Below, one piece after another: positions 22,676-30,627 of a DNA stretch of 64,000 nt. A program made the position numbers and the translations under genes. The stretch's first letter is position 1. Each line of letters begins with the position of its first letter. The stretch lies in the NCBI RefSeq assembly GCF_000026545.1, contig NC_011601.1; one strand, given 5' to 3'. The DNA is from Escherichia coli O127:H6 str. E2348/69 (lineage in GTDB: Bacteria; Pseudomonadota; Gammaproteobacteria; Enterobacterales; Enterobacteriaceae). Below the pieces are notes generated by a model. The model did not search any database, was not told the origin of the DNA, and worked only from the letters and a program-made list of their open reading frames with translations.

Positions 22676-22848
22676 CCCCTGAACAATTCAGACAATGGTT
22701 CGCCACGCTGCCACCGAACTATCAGAGCGCCGCACGCACCATGTACGACAACGCCCGCAAGTCGGGCATACATACCGCGTCAAGCCTTGCGCTGATTCAC
22801 ACGTTGGTTACTGACCAGATCAAATTTGATTCGGAGTTTAATTTATGA
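22672..22848 (+). CDS. Hypothetical small protein (58 aa)
   Basis: Not in the ORF track (below 60 aa); start and stop both overlap neighbours in ATGA fashion, suggesting translational coupling. Confidence 0.3.
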   Translation: MTPEQFRQWFATLPPNYQSAARTMYDNARKSGIHTASSLALIHTLVTDQIKFDSEFNL

Positions 22849-23408
22849 CTTTGAGTATTACCGATATCCAGCGCATTAACGCGCTGGCTCATAAGCACCT
22901 AAAGAACAATGAAGAGATTGCAGCGGAGACAGGTCATACCCTGACCGATATTGACGCTGTAATCCGTGGCGTCTATGTCGATGACTTGGCCGAACATTGG
23001 AAAGACGATGCTGATATTACTCTGGCGGAGTACAACGCCATCCGCAGCCGCTATAAGCCCGGCAAGTTGCACCGCGATACAGAGTTTATGATTGCCCGCG
23101 ATATGCTGATTCGCCCTGAGACTGTGCTGGCTATCGCCCATTCCCGCTTTAGCAACGTCCACACGCACCCAGTGCCGAAAGCCGTCAAAGCAAAGCCGGA
23201 GAAAGCGAAAGTAGTGCGCAAGTTAGTGCTTACTGATTTAGATGAAATCCACAAGTTAGAGCGCTTCGGTTGGCCTGCTGCGGAGATCGCCGGGAAGCTG
23301 GGCGTCCCTGTTGAGGTCGTCGCGCATGTGCAACGCTGCCTGAGAAATCGTTGGTCGTACCCGGATACTCTGGAGTCTGTTAACTCCAAATTCAGCGAGG
23401 CTGAATGA
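22845..23408 (+). CDS. Hypothetical protein with a possible C-terminal HTH
   Basis: 187-aa ORF; HTH-like segment GWPAAEIAGKLGVPVEVVAHVQRC. Confidence 0.4.
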   Translation: MTLSITDIQRINALAHKHLKNNEEIAAETGHTLTDIDAVIRGVYVDDLAEHWKDDADITLAEYNAIRSRYKPGKLHRDTEFMIARDMLIRPETVLAIAHSRFSNVHTHPVPKAVKAKPEKAKVVRKLVLTDLDEIHKLERFGWPAAEIAGKLGVPVEVVAHVQRCLRNRWSYPDTLESVNSKFSEAE

Positions 23409-23641
23409 TGGCAGAGAACGAACCGCTGCACCCCGCCGTTAACCCTGATCTCTACGTGAACCTTGACGAACAACGCGAAGGATACGCTCCGATTGAATCA
23501 CAGGGTTGGGATGTGCTGACGCAGAACCTGACCGGGAAAGGTCGAACTGACCCCAGCCAAACACTTAACCAGAATCCGAAACAACGCCCGCACGGCTCCG
23601 TTGGTGAGCGTCGTTGGCTTCGTAAACGTGGATTACTTTAA
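23405..23641 (+). CDS. Hypothetical small protein
   Basis: 78-aa ORF, overlapping start with the upstream gene. Confidence 0.3.
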   Translation: MMAENEPLHPAVNPDLYVNLDEQREGYAPIESQGWDVLTQNLTGKGRTDPSQTLNQNPKQRPHGSVGERRWLRKRGLL

Positions 23642-23653
23642 CGAGGAATTACC

Positions 23654-23893
23654 ATGAGCAAAACTATCGTATTGCTGCCGCCCCGCAAGAATACAGACTG
23701 GGCTGCACAATTAAAGCTGATTTCTGAATCGCTTGAGGTGAGTCAGGCAGACCTCGCCCACGCCTATCAGGTTGATCGTCGGGATATGGGTAAAGCGTAT
23801 CACGGTGTGCGCAAACTGCCGGAGCGTTGTGTGCCTGTTCATATGCTGTTGTTAGCGCAGGTACACGACTTTAGAGCATTATCAGGAGAATAA
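23654..23893 (+). CDS. Hypothetical small protein (possible HTH regulator)
   Basis: 79-aa ORF with an RBS-like aggaa upstream. Confidence 0.35.
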   Translation: MSKTIVLLPPRKNTDWAAQLKLISESLEVSQADLAHAYQVDRRDMGKAYHGVRKLPERCVPVHMLLLAQVHDFRALSGE

Positions 23894-23896
23894 TTT

Positions 23897-24577
23897 ATGT
23901 CTGACCAGAATGTTAATCCGTACCTTTCCGGTGCTGATGCTGCATCGCAGCAATCGCCATACATGGCTGCACCTGTTGGCGCTGACAATGGCGCATCCCG
24001 CTTTAGCTCTGTGCCTGCTGATGCTGATTTCCTCCGTACCCAGCCCGTTAACGGTAATGATGGCGGCCAATGGAATAATGGCAGTATCGCGAATCAGCAG
24101 GATCAGAACGCTGACAGCGCCGGGGCGCAGGTGGGCGATACTATCTCCCTGATGGATGGAACAGCTATTGAGTACACCGCCGAGCTGCAAGGATTGATGG
24201 GGCAGTTTCACCAGTCTGTCGAAAGCCAGCTAGGGCAGGGGACAGTTGACGCTATGTTGCAGTACGCTGGCACGCTCGACGCCGGGACGCAATCGACCCT
24301 TGAACGGATGGTTATGTCTGGCGACCCTGCGCAGATGCAGCGGGCGGTTCAGTATCTGCAAGAGCGTATGGCTGGCGGTTCCATTACCGGTTACGTCCCG
24401 AACGGCCAGACTGCCGCGCAACCTGTCGGAATGTCACATGCTGAGTTTATAGCAGCGTATGACCAGCTTTCGCAGTGGGCGCAGCAATCAGGGTATGGCC
24501 CCGGCCATCGCCAGTACGACGAACAATACCGTGCTCTGGTTGCGCAGCGCTCCGCTGGCAAACGTGCTGGTCGCTAA
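23897..24577 (+). CDS. Hypothetical acidic Q/A/G-rich protein (scaffolding-protein-like composition)
   Basis: 226-aa low-complexity protein immediately upstream of the capsid-like gene; compositional resemblance only. Confidence 0.35.
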   Translation: MSDQNVNPYLSGADAASQQSPYMAAPVGADNGASRFSSVPADADFLRTQPVNGNDGGQWNNGSIANQQDQNADSAGAQVGDTISLMDGTAIEYTAELQGLMGQFHQSVESQLGQGTVDAMLQYAGTLDAGTQSTLERMVMSGDPAQMQRAVQYLQERMAGGSITGYVPNGQTAAQPVGMSHAEFIAAYDQLSQWAQQSGYGPGHRQYDEQYRALVAQRSAGKRAGR

Positions 24578-24716
24578 CGCCCAACGGTGGAATGCGCCCT
24601 GCAAGACTGAGTGCGCACCAACCCGGTACTACCACACCAATCTAAGCGCATGAGTCCCCGCAAGCCGCATTCTGCGCGGCATCTGAAAGCCTGTTTTTAA
24701 TTAACCGAGGTTCGTA

Positions 24717-25130
24717 ATGAGTACCTGTAATTTCCATGCCGTGGTGCGTGTCGCTGACGTGCGCCCGGATTTCGCCTTGCCGCTGGGTAGATGCGACCAC
24801 ATTTACCCTGAGCGTGTGCAGCACGTTTTCAATCCAGACGAAGCGGTTTATATCGTTGCCCGGTCTGCCACATCCGGCACCCGCACATCTGGCGTTAGCC
24901 GTGGGCTTTCCCCTGTGCTGCCGCCGAAGATGGCCGAGCGGATGCGCGAACGTGAACGGCACGAGAAAAACCGAGTCAGACCCCGCAAGGTGATCACTGA
25001 GGCGATACGCGCTGACATTATCGATCGCTCTGCAAAAGGTCAGAAGAATCGTTACATTGCAAGCAAGGTTGGTGTGTCTGAAACCTCTGTGCGGAAGGTG
25101 TTGAACATGGCGCGTATGAGTGCGCACTAG
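24717..25130 (+). CDS. Hypothetical DNA-binding protein (C-terminal HTH)
   Basis: 137-aa ORF; HTH-like NRYIASKVGVSETSVRKVLN. Confidence 0.4.
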   Translation: MSTCNFHAVVRVADVRPDFALPLGRCDHIYPERVQHVFNPDEAVYIVARSATSGTRTSGVSRGLSPVLPPKMAERMRERERHEKNRVRPRKVITEAIRADIIDRSAKGQKNRYIASKVGVSETSVRKVLNMARMSAH

Positions 25131-25349
25131 TGCAAGGTAATACGTTCACCTTACTTCACGCGCACTAACCCCTGAGAACCGTGCCAGCTCTGGCCTCAAA
25201 ACGCCCATTTCGGGGCACCTCATTCCTCTTAATCGATACCGTTCTGAATCCTGCCTCGGCGGGAGGATTACGCACGCCCGCGCCATGACGATGGCCGGGC
25301 CTATCTCGTCAGTGAATCCGCTGGCACAACCTACGTAGGAGTTTTACAT

Positions 25350-26345
25350 ATGGCCGATAACATTTACTCGCCTGACCAGTTCCGCCCACATTATGGCGGG
25401 GTGGAATCTGACAATGATATTCACATCGAGGCTTATGACCGGGATGTCCAGACCCGTTTAGAGTCCAAATCCGTATTTCTGGCCGAGGGGCTGTCTACAT
25501 ACAGGCCGCTGAAAGCCAGCAACCAATATCGTGTTGATCGCCTGAGTGGTGATCTGGAGGTGAAGGGCAGAACCGCAGGGCAATCGCTGGAGCCTACCGC
25601 TGTTAAGTCGGATAAGCTGATTATCTCTGTGGATACGCTGAGTTATATCCGCATCCCGATTGACTATCAGGATGACTGGACAGCACCCACCTTTCGCTCA
25701 GAGCTGAGCCGCAATATCGGTACTGCTCACGCTAAATTCTACGACGAAGCGCACACCATCCAGCTAATCAAAGCGACTGACTTTGTACCGCCGCCGACGT
25801 TGCAACCAACGTTTAACCCGCTGACGGATAATGTTGTCTCGCTCGACCTGACAGCGGGGAGCGAAGAGGACGCCGCAAACGAATTGTCTCACGCCGTAAA
25901 AGCGGCTGCTAATCGCTTTCTCACTGAGAAAGATATTCCGGTGGCCGAGCTGGTACTGCTTATCGACCCGGCTTGGTTCAGCATCCTGATGGAACATAAG
26001 AAGCTGATGAACATCCGTTACAGCCGGGATAGTGGCAACGATTACGCATGGCGTCGAGTTGGCTATGTCGCTTGGGTACGAGTCATTGAGCTGAACAGTT
26101 ACCCGCAGGGAGCCATTACCGCGCATGAACTGGGCGCTGATTATAATGTGACCGCAGGGGAAGCGCTGACACGGGCGACGCTGTTCCGGCCTGCGTCTGT
26201 ACTTGTGACAGTCGAAGCGCAGAGCGTCATCAATCGCCAGTGGGATGAGGAACGCGAAATGACAATGGTGATGGACTCATATCGCCTGTTCAATGTTGGG
26301 CTGCGCCGCCCGGACTGCGTTATCAATTTCCGACAAGCTGCATAA
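25350..26345 (+). CDS. Hypothetical protein, possibly a phage-type structural (capsid-like) protein
   Basis: 331-aa ORF with strong RBS (aggag); size and position after a scaffold-like gene suggest a structural role; no motif-level proof. Confidence 0.35.
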   Translation: MADNIYSPDQFRPHYGGVESDNDIHIEAYDRDVQTRLESKSVFLAEGLSTYRPLKASNQYRVDRLSGDLEVKGRTAGQSLEPTAVKSDKLIISVDTLSYIRIPIDYQDDWTAPTFRSELSRNIGTAHAKFYDEAHTIQLIKATDFVPPPTLQPTFNPLTDNVVSLDLTAGSEEDAANELSHAVKAAANRFLTEKDIPVAELVLLIDPAWFSILMEHKKLMNIRYSRDSGNDYAWRRVGYVAWVRVIELNSYPQGAITAHELGADYNVTAGEALTRATLFRPASVLVTVEAQSVINRQWDEEREMTMVMDSYRLFNVGLRRPDCVINFRQAA

Positions 26346-26361
26346 CTGGAGGGGCTGAGTC

Positions 26362-26871
26362 ATGGTTAATGATGCTTACGCCCCTGAGCTGTTGCGATCC
26401 CTTTTCCTGTATGACCCGGTGACAGGTCGCCTGCACCATAAAGCTAGCCGATGCCGGGTTACGGCTGGCTCCTATGCTGACTCCACCCGGCGAGCTGATG
26501 GCTATCGTCAAGTTGCCCTGCGACTGGATGGCAAGCAGTACCAGCTAAAAGCCCATCGCGTAGCGTGGATTCTTGCGCATGGTGCTATTCCCCACGGTAT
26601 GCAGATCGATCACATCAACGGTACCCGTGACGATAACCGCTTATGCAATCTGCGATTGGTTACGCAGCGGGAAAACGACCAGAACCGACGCAAGGCAAGG
26701 GGGTATAGCTGGAATAAGGGCTGTAGCAAATGGGAGGCTTACATACGCGTTGGTGGTGTACTCCGTCACCTTGGCTTATTCACATCCGAAGCGGCAGCTC
26801 GTGCTGTGTACCTGAAAGCTAAAGCCAGATACCACCCCTCAACGCCTGACGATTTATTGCAGGCTGCCTAA
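26362..26871 (+). CDS. HNH endonuclease (phage-type, with AP2-like region)
   Basis: 169-aa ORF; HNH core IDHINGTRDDNRLCNLRLVTQRENDQN. Confidence 0.7.
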   Translation: MVNDAYAPELLRSLFLYDPVTGRLHHKASRCRVTAGSYADSTRRADGYRQVALRLDGKQYQLKAHRVAWILAHGAIPHGMQIDHINGTRDDNRLCNLRLVTQRENDQNRRKARGYSWNKGCSKWEAYIRVGGVLRHLGLFTSEAAARAVYLKAKARYHPSTPDDLLQAA

Positions 26872-26889
26872 CCCTCGGAGGTTCCATTA

Positions 26890-27315
26890 ATGGCTGATGA
26901 AAAGCCGATTAGGTCGCTGGCAGGTGATGACCCACGCCGCCAGCAGTACGCCGAACTGTTGGCGCAGGCTAGCCGCATGACTATTCCCCGGCTGCATCCG
27001 GGCGATGCTAACAGTGTGATGAGTCAGCTTGCAACGATGCTTGGCGCACCTGTCCCGATAGTCGGTGCTATGACTGAGCACGCCGCTGCATGGCGTGCCT
27101 GTCTGCTTGAGCAAGGACTTGGCGAGCTTCTGGATGGCTTGAGTAAACAGGTGCTGACCATCTTCTTTCTGCTCTGCTGGAGAGACAGCGCCTTGCGATT
27201 GGCTGGTAAGCAAAAGAAACGGCTTACAGCCGCCAGCGAGGGTTTGACCATTGAGCAATACCGGGCAATGCACCCGGCTTACAGAGAGGATAAAGAACAT
27301 GATAACCACGATTAA
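26890..27315 (+). CDS. Hypothetical protein
   Basis: 141-aa ORF in the operon. Confidence 0.35.
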   Translation: MADEKPIRSLAGDDPRRQQYAELLAQASRMTIPRLHPGDANSVMSQLATMLGAPVPIVGAMTEHAAAWRACLLEQGLGELLDGLSKQVLTIFFLLCWRDSALRLAGKQKKRLTAASEGLTIEQYRAMHPAYREDKEHDNHD

Positions 27316-27598
27316 ATTAAGGTGGCGGTACATCGAGACGCCGCCAATGACTGGCGCACTCGCTGACCTGAAACAGTGGGTAATGAATGCCGTAGAGCCT
27401 GAGCTTGAGGCTGAATTTCGTAAGCTGCTGGGGCAGATGCGTCGCAATGGTATCAGTGATGGGCGCGTAAATGCGGTGGCTGATGAGCTTTATGCTCTGG
27501 TATGCCAACGCCAGCGCGAAGAATACGAAGCCTGCAAGCGGGCTGCCTCTGACAATGGAGACTTTGAATCATGGTTACACGGACAGACCAGCTACTAA
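27299..27598 (+). CDS. Hypothetical small protein (start chosen at the ATG with GAGAGGA RBS)
   Basis: Track ORF 27251..27598; internal ATG at 27299 has a good Shine-Dalgarno sequence. Confidence 0.35.
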   Translation: MITTIKLRWRYIETPPMTGALADLKQWVMNAVEPELEAEFRKLLGQMRRNGISDGRVNAVADELYALVCQRQREEYEACKRAASDNGDFESWLHGQTSY

Positions 27599-27996
27599 GA
27601 AAAGCTATGAGGGGCTATCTGGAACACCTTGGCAACATGCCGCTGGCGGAACGGATTACAAATGCTGCTGTATTCGAAGATGTGTATCGCTTTTTGTTGA
27701 ATGGTTCCGGGCGGCTGGAGCTGCGCCGCGCTGACGTGGCTGCCGTCCGTGTCTTCCTTTGGAACTATCAATACCGCCGCTGTGCTGTGACAGGTAAGCC
27801 GCTGCGCCTTGCGTCTGCCGTTCTGGATCACTGCCACCGAACCGGGCGCGTGCGTGCTGTGGTGCATCGTTCTGCTAACGCTGCTGAGGGAGGCCGCTAC
27901 GTTGGGCGGACGTGTGGTGTTAGCGTTACGAATCTAAGGGCTATGATTGGCAGCTATCGCAAGCAATACACTGGTATTGGCATGTTATATCCATAA
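27571..27996 (+). CDS. Endonuclease VII-like (DHCH-type) nuclease
   Basis: 141-aa ORF with CAVTGKPL...LDHCHRTGRVR motif resembling the recombination endonuclease VII family signature. Confidence 0.5.
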   Translation: MVTRTDQLLRKAMRGYLEHLGNMPLAERITNAAVFEDVYRFLLNGSGRLELRRADVAAVRVFLWNYQYRRCAVTGKPLRLASAVLDHCHRTGRVRAVVHRSANAAEGGRYVGRTCGVSVTNLRAMIGSYRKQYTGIGMLYP

Positions 27997-28037
27997 CTGC
28001 GGGGTAATAAACCCCGCCGAAATAGTAGCGTAGCCAC

Positions 28038-28940
28038 TCAAACAGGAATGTTGTAGTAATGACAAATTGCATTAGTTAGTAGAGCTGGTGCAGCAGACGC
28101 TGCAATATTTAGCGTCCCCGCATATGCTTTACCAATCATATTTACAACCCACTTCCCAAGGCTATCACTGAAATTGTCCGGGGTAGTTGGGGCGGGTGAT
28201 TCTTGTATAGCTTGATGAAGGCTCTTAATATCTTCATCATTAGCGCCCCAATCCTTGAGCTGCTTTTCAAGCGAGTTGAAGTCTCCAGCGTTGACAGTAT
28301 TATTTTGTGAAATGTCCCCGTTACCAGAGCCAATAACGCCAGCATTGTTTACGTTGCCATGAATGTTGGTCACGTTATGGACAGTCATTGGCGCTACCTC
28401 TTTTTCTCTTAATGAAAACTGTAACCCTTCGCCTAAAATACCCTTTGACTCTAAGTCTAAAGACCAGTCGAGGATCTTATTCCTAACGGTAGTAATTACA
28501 TGTTCTAGTACACCAGCGCTTATAACCCATACCATCTCAGTCTTTTGTCCGATACTTTGAGCTAATGTATCAGCCATCCAATCCGGGAGAGGTAAAAAAG
28601 GGTTTTCTCCTTTATTGCTCATCTTTTTTATAGATGATATTGATTCTGTAATGTGAAACGTTGATACCATTGCATTTAATTCCGCGTCGTTGAAGTTGAC
28701 CACAAGCGGAACCCAGCTCTGATGTTGGGGACTATATGCTTTTAACTGCGATTGACCTTTCCTGTATTCAGGAACCGTATCAAAGCTGGGATAGCCATTT
28801 AATTCGAGCTGTATCCACTCGGTCAAATCGCTGAGGCCGAGCTTCACTGCAATCATTTTGGCCTTCATGAGTACAGATAAAATGTCGGAGTCGGGATCGC
28901 ACGCTAGTGCTTGAAGTTCAAGAACTGGTGAGTTAGCCAT
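28038..28940 (-). CDS. Hypothetical protein adjacent to the integrase (candidate abortive-infection/defense cargo)
   Basis: 300-aa ORF on the integrase strand, convergent with the main operon; N-terminal region loosely resembles Abi-type proteins, from memory only. Confidence 0.4.
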   Translation of the reverse strand: MANSPVLELQALACDPDSDILSVLMKAKMIAVKLGLSDLTEWIQLELNGYPSFDTVPEYRKGQSQLKAYSPQHQSWVPLVVNFNDAELNAMVSTFHITESISSIKKMSNKGENPFLPLPDWMADTLAQSIGQKTEMVWVISAGVLEHVITTVRNKILDWSLDLESKGILGEGLQFSLREKEVAPMTVHNVTNIHGNVNNAGVIGSGNGDISQNNTVNAGDFNSLEKQLKDWGANDEDIKSLHQAIQESPAPTTPDNFSDSLGKWVVNMIGKAYAGTLNIAASAAPALLTNAICHYYNIPV

Positions 28941-29027
28941 ATCAAGACCTTAGTATTGTTTTGATAAGGTATCTTACCCGCATCGAACCATGCAGTCTAA
29001 GGTTCGCAGGCCAAACTCACCCATGAG

Positions 29028-30239
29028 TTAGATGTTTATTCCTTCATGCTGGATGAGTTCGACATACTTACCGATCTCTATAGGGGAAGCTGCATTTTTC
29101 GAGTAAGTTTTGAAGCTCTCTGTACTCCCGCGCTCATGACCGACGAGCAGGGCAATACGATCTTCTGGCACTTGAGCACGGTCGAGCTGTTGCACAAAAG
29201 CATGGCGGAGTGAGTGAAACACTTTTCTCTCTGCGGCAGGCTCGCCAAGAGCTTTACGCTTTGCTCGCGTGAATTGCTGCGTATGCCACGTTGAGCGCTT
29301 CCCATCGGCCCGGTCTGTTATTGATGCGTGATAGAACAGAAAACCGCTATGTGTGGTCTTGAGCAATGACTTCACGAGAGGGATTATCTTGCTGTGTACA
29401 GGGACGATTCGCGCCGCGCTCTTAGTCTTCCCCTCGGTGATCTCAAAGCACAATATACCCTCGATAGTTTTAATACTGCTTTCACGTAGCGTACATATCT
29501 CATTGATCCGCATACCGCTGTATGCACCAATAGCCGTTACCGCCTTCATCTCGTCATCAAGCAAGGCATAGACCTTTGCCAGCTCTCCCGGTGCGAAGAC
29601 TTCATAGCTGACCTTGCTGCTTTTTGCTTCGAGCGCATGACCGCGCCAAGGATTGTCCTGTGGTGCATCGTGATAGCGATTGCGTGCCAGATCCCATATC
29701 TGCGCCAGTGCGCTTATATAGTTTTGGATAGTTTGGGGCGCTCGCTCAGTTTTGAGCTTATCTAACCAGCCTGTAACTATGGTTCGGTTAATATCCCGCA
29801 ACTGAACATCTTTCTTTTTCAAGTGGGTTAACAGCACCTCTACGGCTTTGTTGGTCTTGGATAACGTGGTTAGCTTTCGCTTCTCGCTGTATTGAAGCAG
29901 GTACAAATCACGCATTTTTAGCAAGGAAGGGCAAGCCTGAATCGATGCACCAAACGATGCGGGGGCTTCCTTGGCGTACACACTGACACGGCGTAGCTCA
30001 TCAATGATTTGGTCTACAGATGAGCCGCCTTGTGGCTTTAGCAGATTCCGTAAGCGAGTCCATTCCAGAGCAATAGCATCTCGAAACAATCGCGCTTGGC
30101 GTATGTCTCGTGTTCCTGTGCTTTTCATAAAGTAGCGCTTCCCTTGGAACAGGTGGCGCATATAGCTGGGAATAGCTATCCGCACGAGGTAATTCCCGCA
30201 GGGATCTAAAACTAGATAACGATCTCTCTTGAAACTCAT
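29028..30239 (-). CDS. Tyrosine-type site-specific integrase
   Basis: 403-aa ORF with C-terminal catalytic motifs (HSLRHAF, LLVGHERG, downstream Tyr); adjacent to the attR repeat. Confidence 0.9.
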   Translation of the reverse strand: MSFKRDRYLVLDPCGNYLVRIAIPSYMRHLFQGKRYFMKSTGTRDIRQARLFRDAIALEWTRLRNLLKPQGGSSVDQIIDELRRVSVYAKEAPASFGASIQACPSLLKMRDLYLLQYSEKRKLTTLSKTNKAVEVLLTHLKKKDVQLRDINRTIVTGWLDKLKTERAPQTIQNYISALAQIWDLARNRYHDAPQDNPWRGHALEAKSSKVSYEVFAPGELAKVYALLDDEMKAVTAIGAYSGMRINEICTLRESSIKTIEGILCFEITEGKTKSAARIVPVHSKIIPLVKSLLKTTHSGFLFYHASITDRADGKRSTWHTQQFTRAKRKALGEPAAERKVFHSLRHAFVQQLDRAQVPEDRIALLVGHERGSTESFKTYSKNAASPIEIGKYVELIQHEGINI

Positions 30240-30372
30240 ACAAACCCCGGTTATGTTGTCGGGGCTTTTTCATGGCTAAACAGTCTGTGAAATGTGCCGG
30301 GGTCATGAGCTTTAGTCTAGCTAGTTCAACAAGTTAACGATGATTGTTGAAGCAAGCTAAGTCGCTATAACC

Positions 30373-30403
30373 CGTGCCGGTTCGAGTCCGGCCTTCGGCA
30401 CCA
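30373..30403 (+). repeat. attR core: 31-bp direct repeat of the leuX 3' end
   Basis: Exact copy of 15312-15342. Confidence 0.85.
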
Positions 30404-30583
30404 CATCGTATGCAAATCGAGTCGCTCAAGGGCGGCTTTTTTTGTGTCTGGGATCCATTAGTTACCTATCTTTCTCGCTATTTTAACTCTCTCAGAGCCA
30501 ACCAATTTCAACCCATCGCAAACGAAAAATGTTGGTACAGGCGTTGGTATTTTCGGTTCGATATTAATTTGTATTAGCTCAGT

Positions 30584-30613
30584 CCTGATCTGACAGCTAT
30601 CTGCCAGATCAGG
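30584..30613 (-). terminator. Hairpin terminator downstream of hsdR
   Basis: Perfect 9-bp stem cctgatctg...cagatcagg with a 12-nt loop, about 15 bp past the hsdR stop. Confidence 0.55.
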
Positions 30614-30627
30614 TTCGGATTAATACA

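Larger units (their letters stand above)
15343..30403. mobile_element. Integrated genomic island / phage-satellite-like element at leuX (~15 kb), bounded by direct repeats, with tyrosine integrase at the distal end
   Basis: Flanking 31-bp direct repeats derived from the tRNA 3' end; integrase, serine recombinase, helicase and phage-like genes inside; AT-rich cargo. Confidence 0.7.

Noticed and set aside
15343-30403. Classification of the leuX element as a P4-type satellite
   Set aside because: I could not recognise P4 hallmark genes (long alpha primase-helicase, sid, psu, delta), and the integrase lies at the tRNA-distal end; so only satellite-like is claimed.
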